20,000 bases of DNA, from NCBI GenBank assembly GCA_964441745.1, contig CAYTYR010000011.1, forward strand, positions 56,477 through 76,476, written 5' to 3'. The first letter of the stretch is position 1. Each line of letters begins with the position of its first letter. This document shows, in pieces, positions 8,036-15,763 of the stretch. The notes under the pieces are model-generated. The model made no database searches, was not told the DNA's origin, and saw only the letters and a list, made by a program, of their open reading frames with translations. The position numbers were made by a program, and so were the translations under genes. This stretch comes from an uncultured Clostridia bacterium (GTDB taxonomy: Bacteria > CAYTYR01 > UBA6262).

Positions 8036-9333
8036 ATTAGTTTCCCTGCCATTTTCTCGATTTTAGCTATCGTCGCGTTAAGATTGAACAACGTAACTTG
8101 CAGTTTAAGCTTTCCGCTCGTCAGCAACAGCTCTGAATCATTCAGGTCAGTTAAAGAAACTTGTCCTGAAGCCAGCAGATCCTGCATCATTTTAAATGAA
8201 TCCTGAGCCAGTTTTACCGCGGCTTGATTGGCTGCCAGGGTATCAATATACTCGTTGTATTCGGCGACCGCGTTATTTAGCTCCAAGACCATAGCTTTAT
8301 CAACCATCTGCAATTGCAGTTGAGCGTTTTGCAGGTCGATCTTGGCCTGCTGTAATTGGGAGGAAGTCTGCCCGCTGGTCCACAAGGGGACGTTCATTTG
8401 TAAACCAAACACACTATAACCATCAAGATTATTATCGCCAATATAGTAATCCGTACCGCCGCCCTTGTAATCCCAGGTCGCAAAAGCAGCTATGGTCGGG
8501 TAATAACCGGCTTTCCTGATCTTGGTTAATTCCTCATATACGGCTATATTCTGGTACAGAGCTTGCAGTGTCGGTTCATTTTCCCGCATACTCTTAACCA
8601 GGGCCGGGCCGTCCAGAGGCTTATATTCGGCGGCATAGGTATCTGTCATTATAACCTCTGCTTCGGGAGCCGCACCGATCATTACTTTTAAGCCACGCAA
8701 AGCCGAGCTTAAGCTGGTACCGGCTTCATTTACCTGGGGGACTCGCGCGGCAATATCAGCGTCCATTTTGATAATATCCCGCCTTGAACTGCGGCCAGCG
8801 GAAGAACGCTGGATCACCAGTTCCTTATTTCGCCTGGTATTCCCCAGGGATTCCTGCAATATATCCAGCGAGCTTTTCGCCAGCAAGGTGCTATAATAGC
8901 GTATCTTAGCCGCATAGATAACCTCTTGTTTTGTCGTATCTTTATTCATGCGGCTGCCGGCCAGCAACTTGTCAGCCAAGCGCACCGCTGATGAAACTTT
9001 GCCAAACGACCAGACGATCTGGCTCGCCGTTATGCCGGCATCAAACGCATAATCAGTCATTTGCGCTTTCGCCTTATCAGGATATTCATAATTGTTTAGC
9101 CAGGTGACCGCGCCATTAACCTGCGGGTAGATCGCTGATTTGGCTTCGCGATACTGTTGCTCCAGTTTCTTTACCGTATTATCCTGGATCTGGTATTGTT
9201 CGCTTTCGATGATCGCCTTATTGATCACCTGTTCCATGTTCAAGCTCAGGATTTCCTGTCCCTGCGCCTGGCTGGCCGCCGGGCAAAGGAACCTGATCAT
9301 GACCACTATCATTACTAGCTTGTTCATTCTCAT
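8023..9333 (-). CDS. TolC-family outer membrane efflux protein
   Basis: Signal peptide, two OEP repeats (AIYPQV...ASQIVWSFGK; AGYYPTI...MNVPLWTSG), long helices and SGQVSLTDL. Confidence 0.92.
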   Translation of the reverse strand: MRMNKLVMIVVMIRFLCPAASQAQGQEILSLNMEQVINKAIIESEQYQIQDNTVKKLEQQYREAKSAIYPQVNGAVTWLNNYEYPDKAKAQMTDYAFDAGITASQIVWSFGKVSSAVRLADKLLAGSRMNKDTTKQEVIYAAKIRYYSTLLAKSSLDILQESLGNTRRNKELVIQRSSAGRSSRRDIIKMDADIAARVPQVNEAGTSLSSALRGLKVMIGAAPEAEVIMTDTYAAEYKPLDGPALVKSMRENEPTLQALYQNIAVYEELTKIRKAGYYPTIAAFATWDYKGGGTDYYIGDNNLDGYSVFGLQMNVPLWTSGQTSSQLQQAKIDLQNAQLQLQMVDKAMVLELNNAVAEYNEYIDTLAANQAAVKLAQDSFKMMQDLLASGQVSLTDLNDSELLLTSGKLKLQVTLFNLNATIAKIEKMAGKLIWQN

Positions 9334-10013
9334 TGATTACCCCTGTCGTATTTTCTGTCTAAAGCTTTCCACAGCAACTTCAACATCTTCCTATTCCAGA
9401 ATTTAAGGTCTTTGATTTTTTCTCTTTTAATCGCTAATGGTATCCCAGCCAGAATCGTTTTCAGGAAGAGCACTGCTTCATTGACATCTGTCGTCTCTGG
9501 CAATTCCTTATTTTTAACCGCCTTTTTAAGGATCTCTTCAAAATAGTCTTCAAACAATATCAATGGCGGGTTGATATCTTCTATACCCGCGCACTCGGGA
9601 AAAGCAAAATGCTTTTCTGCTTTAGTGATCTTGGTCCTATGTCCTATAACCTGTTTCTGCCCGATAAAAGCAGCAATGATCTCATAGATCAAATTAGTAC
9701 AATTTTCAATGGCTTCCCCTAAATAATAAAAAATATTATCGATATTATTCAGATAATTTTTTTCGTCATTTTTCTGGTCTGCTTTCCAAATGATATGGGA
9801 AGTTATCAAATCAGTAAAATACCGGATGACATCTATTTTGCGCGGGAAATAGTTGAAAAAAGTCCCCTCCGCCACTTCCAGATCAGCGCATAATTCGCTG
9901 ATACTGATCTCTTCGAAACGTTGCGTCTTAAGCCGCTCGATAAAAGCGTAAACCAGGGAGAGCTTGGTTTTCGCGTGTTTTCTTTCCCTTAAGGAGTATT
10001 TATCCTGGTCCAT
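9330..10013 (-). CDS. TetR/AcrR-family transcriptional regulator
   Basis: SLRERK...ISISELCADLEVAEGTFFNYFPRK helix-turn-helix; GGAGG RBS; ATGA overlap with tolC. Confidence 0.92.
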   Translation of the reverse strand: MDQDKYSLRERKHAKTKLSLVYAFIERLKTQRFEEISISELCADLEVAEGTFFNYFPRKIDVIRYFTDLITSHIIWKADQKNDEKNYLNNIDNIFYYLGEAIENCTNLIYEIIAAFIGQKQVIGHRTKITKAEKHFAFPECAGIEDINPPLILFEDYFEEILKKAVKNKELPETTDVNEAVLFLKTILAGIPLAIKREKIKDLKFWNRKMLKLLWKALDRKYDRGNQ

Positions 10014-10043
10014 CGAAAACCTCCCTTATTTTAATGTTACCTT

Positions 10044-10076
10044 TATATATATAGCACACTATAAATATATTGTCAA
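10044..10076 (-). promoter_or_regulatory. Sigma70 promoter of the efflux operon with an overlapping palindrome (candidate TetR operator)
   Basis: TTGACA(10076-10071)-N17 with TGn-TATATA(10053-10048). An imperfect inverted repeat at 10044-10069 pairs 10 of 11 positions around a 4-nt centre. Confidence 0.65.
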
Positions 10077-10147
10077 CTACAATTAATAAAAAAAATAACC
10101 CTGTACTTTCTGGATTGTTTTGTTTAAAGCAAGTTAATTATCCCGTT

Positions 10148-10717
10148 TTACCAGGTATGGTTCACTCGAACACCTAAATATGAAGTACCTGCCGCTGGCT
10201 GGATATTCCAATCTTGATTTGGCTTGGTAATAAAAAAAGAGCTGACAAAGCCAATTGCCGCTCCGGCCAAAACATCCCGTATATAATGCTCGTCTGATCT
10301 AACGCGGCTGTATCCCACATACGCTGCAATAACGTAGGCGGGGAGGCCATATTGCCACCCGTAACGCTGACGCAGGAATTCTGCGCCCTGGACAGTAATC
10401 GCAGTATGCCCGGAGGGAAATGATTGAGGATCCCCGTTAGGCCGGCGGGAATGCACTGTGTATTTAAGGGTAACAACGATCCCCATCGCTAATACTGCGG
10501 ATTCAGAGAATTGTTTCATGCCTTCATCATCTTTCGCCCCGAGGGTCATGCCAAAAGCTGCCGCCGGTACGATATAGATCAAAACATCACCAAAGTTCTT
10601 GATCACATCAGTCGGCGTGTTCGATTCTCCGTCTGCCCGAACTACCGAGGCTGCGGACAAACAAAAAAATGCCGCGAACAGGATAAGCACAATAGTTCTA
10701 TGAGCGCATCGCCTCAT
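10148..10717 (-). CDS. PAP2-family phosphatase, paralog 2
   Basis: C1 KYTVHSRRP (Kx6RP), C2 PSGH, C3 SRVRSDEHYIRD (SRx5Hx3D); N-terminal signal peptide. Confidence 0.9.
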   Translation of the reverse strand: MRRCAHRTIVLILFAAFFCLSAASVVRADGESNTPTDVIKNFGDVLIYIVPAAAFGMTLGAKDDEGMKQFSESAVLAMGIVVTLKYTVHSRRPNGDPQSFPSGHTAITVQGAEFLRQRYGWQYGLPAYVIAAYVGYSRVRSDEHYIRDVLAGAAIGFVSSFFITKPNQDWNIQPAAGTSYLGVRVNHTW

Positions 10718-10754
10718 GTTGTTATTCCCTTCTATTTATGCTGTCTGCTTTATT

Positions 10755-11309
10755 TTACCAATTACGGCTTAAATTAACGCCTAAATATGAAGAACTTACC
10801 ACGGGCTGGACATTCCAGCCTTCGTACGGCGTAGTAAACCAATAAGTGCCCACGAAGCCAATTACCGCTCCTGCTAAAACATCCCGCATATGATGCTCAT
10901 CAGCCCTAACGCGGCTGTATCCCACATATGCGGCAACAATGTAAACAGGGAGACCAAATTTCCACCCATAACGTTGGCGCATAAATTCAGCGCTCTGAAC
11001 AACTATCGCGGTGTGCCCTGAAGGGAAGGATTGAGGATCACCATTGGGCCGGCGGGAGTTTACCGTGTATTTTAAGCCGGTGCAAACACCCATTGTTACT
11101 ACCGCAGATTTAGCGAATTGCCACATGCCTGTATTGTCTTCCTCCATGAGGGTCATACCAAAAGCTACTGATGGAGCCATATAGATTAAAACATCACCAA
11201 AGTTCTTCATAATATCACTTGGCGTTTCCGACTCTGCTCGAGCCACCGAAACCCAGAAGAAACAGCAAAGCGACACAAATAGAATAAGCACAATAGCTTT
11301 ATACTTCAT
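10755..11309 (-). CDS. PAP2-family phosphatase, paralog 1
   Basis: KYTVNSRRP, PSGH and SRVRADEHHMRD. The start is reassigned from 11342 to 11309 (MKYKAIVL), which gives an ATGA overlap with the upstream stop and aligns with the paralog's signal peptide. Confidence 0.9.
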   Translation of the reverse strand: MKYKAIVLILFVSLCCFFWVSVARAESETPSDIMKNFGDVLIYMAPSVAFGMTLMEEDNTGMWQFAKSAVVTMGVCTGLKYTVNSRRPNGDPQSFPSGHTAIVVQSAEFMRQRYGWKFGLPVYIVAAYVGYSRVRADEHHMRDVLAGAVIGFVGTYWFTTPYEGWNVQPVVSSSYLGVNLSRNW

Positions 11310-13078
11310 GGTGTATTTCCTTTCTCGGTTTCGTCGCGCCATTCGACTGGGCCGAACCCGGAATCACCAAGTAACGTATAAACAAGGCTGAAGGTTCCTA
11401 GTGACTGATGGCTGTTAGGCCAATCAGGATACGTCGCGTTACGGATGGAGGCGATGTATTGGAGCCCGAGGGCGTGACGGCCATAAATATGGAAAGTAAA
11501 TCCCATATTTAGGCGGTTGATGGATTCAGTTCCACCAGGATCATTTCCTCCCCTGCCAGAAATATAATAAGCACGTTCTGTTAAGTCGAACATGGCTATT
11601 TCGCCGAAGTTTAAGCGGAGCGCGATGAGCCCTTGCGGGGCAACACCATAGTGGTAGTCGCGTTCACCTGTTTGGGCGACATTGCCAGCCGCGGCATAAC
11701 CGATTCCCCCGAGGACCGAGCCCTGGAGCGCTACTACTCGCGAAAGCCACCATTGATAGGTAGTGCCAATAGAGGCGGAAGTGCTAGAGACGCGGAAGAC
11801 ATGCGGGGATATATAGTCATAGCCGCCATAGAGGCCCCATATCCCGCGATAACCGTCGCCAGCCTCGTATTCTTTTCCGAGGAGGAGACCGCGAAGCATG
11901 ATGTTATCAAAAGGGTTAGTTGAGTTGGCGAGAGTGGAGAATTCAAAATGAAAGTAATCGAAAGGACGATTGTAGCTATAGTGAGCCTTCCCGGGTAATC
12001 CATAGGCTATGGAATAGTCAGCAGTCGCTTCGTTTTTATTGATAAGACTATCGTAGCCCTTGTCTTTCAGACTCGAATTAAGACTTGCCCCGAACCGCAG
12101 ACGCCAGGAAATGGCTGGATTGTTGCTTGGAAATACCGGCTTGAACCTTTCTCCAAAGGCCAAGCGATTGATGCCCAGGGAAGGTTTGAGTATCGCCGCG
12201 CTCAACTCGCGCCAGAACCCGGGTTTGTCTCCATGGCTCTCCAGCACCCGGCTAGCCATCCTGAAGAGCGCCTCTCCGAAGAAGCTACCGCCAACACCAC
12301 TGGCGATCTGGTCATTGATCGACGGACGTGTGGTCTCTCCGCCAGTTTCCCAGAGAAAGCTGCCTATGTTGGTATAGATGAATGACTGCCAAAAACTGAG
12401 GCCGGCTGATCGCGCGTAACCATAATACATTAATCCCTGGTACGGATGCCCGAACTGATTCATAGCAAAAGAGTCTGTGTCAACTGTCCAGGGTCCGTGC
12501 AAGACGTGTCCCCGGAAAGTGGACAAACTAGAGGAGTAGACTTTTTTTCCATCCTCCATTAGGTTGGGGTAGATAAGACGGTCAGCCCCGTTGAGGAGAA
12601 GGATGAAAGCCGGGATTTCGAGGGCTGGGATAAGGTAGCTTTTGCCAGACTCTGTATCCCAATATAAGGGCGGTGTCGGTCCCTCGCGCTGTTCCTTTAA
12701 CCACGCATACCTGCCCATAGAGACATTTACAGTCAGGTCCTTTGTTATATCGGAAAGCTCGATAATATTCAAGGCCGTCATATTCCTATATCCATATTTG
12801 GCCGCCAAAAGAGTATATTTTCCTAAAGCTGAAATACTCACTGCGTAGTTACCCAACGCATCGGTAGTCCCTTTTCCTGCCAATTTACCGGTACTTTCAT
12901 CTTTTACCGTGATAGCTACTCCTGGGATACCTTTATCGTTATAGAGATCCTTTACCGAACCCGCGATGGTGCCTCCCTGGGCAAAGACCAAACTAGTGAT
13001 CATGATCACTGCGCCTGAAAGGAGTACAGCGAAAATCGCCTTGAATGATTTCTTAGCTCGTTTCATTGAGGTCCCCAT
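11306..13078 (-). CDS. DUF3943-domain outer-membrane protein with an N-terminal carboxypeptidase-regulatory-like beta-sandwich
   Basis: Signal peptide (VFA|QG) and a GTIAGSVKD...IPGVAI...TTDALGNY domain, then WTVDTDSFAMNQFGHPYQG...ARSAG...LWETGGETTRPSIND...FGEALFR, then a beta-strand-rich C-terminal half. The start may be 13066. Confidence 0.75.
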   Translation of the reverse strand: MGTSMKRAKKSFKAIFAVLLSGAVIMITSLVFAQGGTIAGSVKDLYNDKGIPGVAITVKDESTGKLAGKGTTDALGNYAVSISALGKYTLLAAKYGYRNMTALNIIELSDITKDLTVNVSMGRYAWLKEQREGPTPPLYWDTESGKSYLIPALEIPAFILLLNGADRLIYPNLMEDGKKVYSSSLSTFRGHVLHGPWTVDTDSFAMNQFGHPYQGLMYYGYARSAGLSFWQSFIYTNIGSFLWETGGETTRPSINDQIASGVGGSFFGEALFRMASRVLESHGDKPGFWRELSAAILKPSLGINRLAFGERFKPVFPSNNPAISWRLRFGASLNSSLKDKGYDSLINKNEATADYSIAYGLPGKAHYSYNRPFDYFHFEFSTLANSTNPFDNIMLRGLLLGKEYEAGDGYRGIWGLYGGYDYISPHVFRVSSTSASIGTTYQWWLSRVVALQGSVLGGIGYAAAGNVAQTGERDYHYGVAPQGLIALRLNFGEIAMFDLTERAYYISGRGGNDPGGTESINRLNMGFTFHIYGRHALGLQYIASIRNATYPDWPNSHQSLGTFSLVYTLLGDSGFGPVEWRDETEKGNTP

Positions 13079-13135
13079 CTCATTTCTATTAACACAATTT
13101 ATTCCTTTTCAGACCAGGCTTTGTGTTTACGTCCC

Positions 13136-13597
13136 TCAGGCCTGATGTAAAGCAACACGATAATTTTTTATTCCTGGCAAAACATCCGCAAAATACATCA
13201 TCATCTCATCAATAGATTTTAGTCTATATATCTCCAGATTATCCTGGTTTAGCTTTACCGCATACCCTGTTTCTTTTTGAACGATCTTCTCGATAGTTTC
13301 ATTAGTATAATTCTCAGGGTCAAATCTTACCTGTTTCATGTCTTTTAGATCCAGGGGACCCCGAACTGTCCCAGGCAGGTAAATCGTCCCATTGGAAAAA
13401 TCAACAGCGTAAGCAATGACCCCCGGAATCAGGAAAAACAATAATCCTATCCCATCCAGCAGGGCAACTCCGATATCAATTCTCCCGCCTCTTTGTCCTT
13501 TGCGTTCAGGGTACATAATAGTCCCGCAACCCACAAACTGAATAATCAAAATGGCACAGACCAATATATGTAACATCTTCACAACTTTTTTAACCAT
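13136..13597 (-). CDS. Conserved hypothetical lipoprotein
   Basis: Lipobox FVG-C followed by CGTIMYPERKGQ...DGIGLLFFLIPGVIAYAVDFSNGTIYLP, a hydrophobic hairpin I recognise as a conserved uncharacterised family. Confidence 0.75.
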   Translation of the reverse strand: MVKKVVKMLHILVCAILIIQFVGCGTIMYPERKGQRGGRIDIGVALLDGIGLLFFLIPGVIAYAVDFSNGTIYLPGTVRGPLDLKDMKQVRFDPENYTNETIEKIVQKETGYAVKLNQDNLEIYRLKSIDEMMMYFADVLPGIKNYRVALHQA

Positions 13598-13625
13598 CCT
13601 TACCCCCCCATCCGTTAAGGCCCCC

Positions 13626-14648
13626 TTATTTCACGATGATTTCAAAAAGAACTCTCATGTTCGCCTTGGCTGCTGTTGAGTAAAGCTCTTTAGGCGCTGC
13701 TTCAGGCATTGCCGGACGTGTCTCGCCATAACCGATCATAGAAAGCCTGTCCCGTGAAATAATGCCTTCGTTAATGAGGTATTCCTGTACAGCATTGGCT
13801 CTTCTTTCACTCAAGCTTTGGTTGTAGTCTTCAGCCCCGGCAGCAGAGGTATAACCGGCAATACGGATCTGGGCGTTAGGATTAGCTTTCAACAGCTGGA
13901 TATTCCTTTTCAGGATAGACTGGGCTTCCGGCTTAAGGGTCGCCTTATCGAAATCGAAATGGATGTCCTCAAAAGCCAGGATAATGATCTTCGGCTCAAC
14001 CGCGGCCAACATGACTTTCTCTTCAACCTTTGGCTCAGCTGCCATGATGACTACTTTCTCTTCAGCTTTTATGGGCTCGGCTATTGGGACAGGAGCCGCT
14101 TTGGCGCCGCCAAAATAGAAAGATAATCCCAGCGAGAATTCCATATCTATCATGCTGTCATCAAATACATAGATCCTACGGGCATCGCCCCGCAGGGCCA
14201 GATCATCGGTAAAGAAAAACCTCACCCCGCCGCCATAGGCAGCGGCAGAAGAGTTTTTATTGGAAACCTGCGAGGGATAATCGATACGCTGGCCGCCAAC
14301 ACTAATGAAGATAAACGGGACAAGGCGATCATCCGGAAGCAGATTAAAAATACCATCCATGCGATAGTTAATGACTTTGGTTACCCGTGAATAAGACACT
14401 GGCAGGTCATACTTTGTGTCAATGTAACCTCCGGCGGCTTCCACTCCGAGATACTTAGTGAAATTGTATCCCAGGCTAATACCATAAACAGGGTCATTAT
14501 CGAGGTTCTGGTCTACGTCGAACACGAAACTCCCTATATAAGGCGTCACATAGAAGGCGTGAGGCCTCCCCTGGGCGGATACGACGTTGCTTAGAGTCAA
14601 TAGGAACAGGCTGCAAATAATACTGTAAATCAATTTTTTCATCATCAT
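13626..14648 (-). CDS. OmpA/OprF-like protein (N-terminal beta-barrel plus C-terminal OmpA-like domain)
   Basis: Signal peptide, barrel strands (LGYNFT, YGGGVRFFF, LALRGDAR, FSLGLSFYFG), an Ala/Pro/Glu linker, and IHFDFDK...NQSLSERRA...GYGE. Confidence 0.9.
   Translation of the reverse strand: MMMKKLIYSIICSLFLLTLSNVVSAQGRPHAFYVTPYIGSFVFDVDQNLDNDPVYGISLGYNFTKYLGVEAAGGYIDTKYDLPVSYSRVTKVINYRMDGIFNLLPDDRLVPFIFISVGGQRIDYPSQVSNKNSSAAAYGGGVRFFFTDDLALRGDARRIYVFDDSMIDMEFSLGLSFYFGGAKAAPVPIAEPIKAEEKVVIMAAEPKVEEKVMLAAVEPKIIILAFEDIHFDFDKATLKPEAQSILKRNIQLLKANPNAQIRIAGYTSAAGAEDYNQSLSERRANAVQEYLINEGIISRDRLSMIGYGETRPAMPEAAPKELYSTAAKANMRVLFEIIVK
13989..14063 (-). repeat. 39-nt-period tandem duplication in the OmpA linker
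   Basis: Encodes EEKVVIMAAEPK-V-EEKVMLAAVEPK. Confidence 0.7.
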
Positions 14649-14680
14649 AATACTCCTTTTATTGTTATTGCTAATGCCGC

Positions 14681-14995
14681 CTATTTTACGATCAGGTCAT
14701 TCTTTACAGCTTTAGTTCCTTGAATGCTCCTGGCGATTTGACCGGCTTTATCAAAAGCCTTTTGAGAATTAACAAAACCACTCAATTGAACGGTTCCCTG
14801 GAAAGTTTCCACACTGATCTGAAATGACTTAAGAAAATCGTCAGCCGCGATCAGGGTTTTTACTTTGGTGGTGATGACTGAATCGTCAACATATTGGCCG
14901 GCGCTTTCCTGTGTCCGTGTCGAGGCACAGCCGGCAAAGACAACGATCAACGTGAGAAGCGCTAAACAGTAAATAACGATTTTTCTCTTTTTCAT
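14681..14995 (-). CDS. Single-BON-domain lipoprotein (OsmY-like)
   Basis: Lipobox FAG-C; GQYVDDSVITTKVK...ISVETFQGTVQLSGFV...VKNDLIVK. Confidence 0.92.
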   Translation of the reverse strand: MKKRKIVIYCLALLTLIVVFAGCASTRTQESAGQYVDDSVITTKVKTLIAADDFLKSFQISVETFQGTVQLSGFVNSQKAFDKAGQIARSIQGTKAVKNDLIVK

Positions 14996-15027
14996 AAAAA
15001 GTTACTCCTCTCTATCCTGTATAGTTA

Positions 15028-15174
15028 TTAAAGTTTCTTTCCCTGGATGACCCTGACCAGTATGACGATGATGGCAATGACCAAAAGGAGATGAATAAAA
15101 TATCCCATCGTATAGCCGGTTATCAAACCCAACAGCCATAAAATTATCAGTACTACAGCGATTGTCCACAACAT
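15028..15174 (-). CDS. lmo0937-family (DUF5670-type) small membrane protein, 48 aa
   Basis: Below the ORF-track cutoff. MLWTIAVVLIILWLLGLITGYTMGYFIHLLLVIAIIVILVRVIQGKKL, with a strong AAGGAGG RBS. Confidence 0.9.
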   Translation of the reverse strand: MLWTIAVVLIILWLLGLITGYTMGYFIHLLLVIAIIVILVRVIQGKKL

Positions 15175-15192
15175 AGGATCCTCCTTTCTGAG

Positions 15193-15675
15193 TTACTTGT
15201 TTTTACCATGTCCTTTATTACTATTACCGCCGCGGTTATTCTCTTTATTTTCCTGATTTCCCTGTTTTTCTTGCTGTATTTCGTGTTTCTCCGGACGATA
15301 TTGTTTACCCTTATAGTTATTCCGGTCACGTTCATAACTCCGGTACTCGTCATCCCTGACCTTGATGATATGTTCATATTTATGACGCCTCAGTCCCCGC
15401 GGCAGTCGCCGATATTGGACCACAGCCCACGGGCCATTGTAGCCGGAGCTTATATACCATCCGCCGCCCCTGTACATATAATAATTCATATCAATGAAAA
15501 ACATATCGTAGGGCACTCCCACCGCCACATAAAAACCAAGAGCGGGCGGAGCAATAAAAACAGGAGGTTCCCCTATGTTGAGATTAAGGCTAAAACCTAC
15601 GTCCGCAGCCTGTACCAGGCCAGCAGCGCTGGAAAGGGCAACTAAAACAGCTAAAACGCGCATTAGATTTTTCAT
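15193..15675 (-). CDS. Secreted hypothetical protein with a Pro/Tyr/Trp-rich core and a charged low-complexity tail
   Basis: Signal peptide (VQA|AD), VGFSLNLNIG, YYMYRGGGWY...YNGPW, and a K/E/N/G-rich tail; AGAAGG RBS. Confidence 0.75.
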   Translation of the reverse strand: MKNLMRVLAVLVALSSAAGLVQAADVGFSLNLNIGEPPVFIAPPALGFYVAVGVPYDMFFIDMNYYMYRGGGWYISSGYNGPWAVVQYRRLPRGLRRHKYEHIIKVRDDEYRSYERDRNNYKGKQYRPEKHEIQQEKQGNQENKENNRGGNSNKGHGKNK

Positions 15676-15692
15676 ATGACCTTCTTATGGAT

Positions 15693-15758
15693 ATCTGGGG
15701 ACATAATACTTATTTTGTTTAATTAATACTATGTCCCCGGATTCCCCCGGATTTCCGG
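15693..15758. repeat. REP-like intergenic inverted repeat with an adjacent short tandem duplication
   Basis: ATCTGGGGACATA(15693-15705) pairs with TATGTCCCCGGAT(15730-15742) with 1 mismatch; CCCCGGATT occurs twice at the right end. Confidence 0.6.
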
Positions 15759-15763
15759 TATTA

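Noticed and set aside
11310-11342. Longer N-terminus (MARRNRERKYT) for PAP2 paralog 1
   Set aside because: It overlaps the DUF3943 gene by 37 nt; the 11309 start gives ATGA coupling and matches the paralog.
15153-15377. 74-aa minus-strand ORF from the track
   Set aside because: It overlaps the 15193..15675 gene and the lmo0937-family gene, both of which are better supported.
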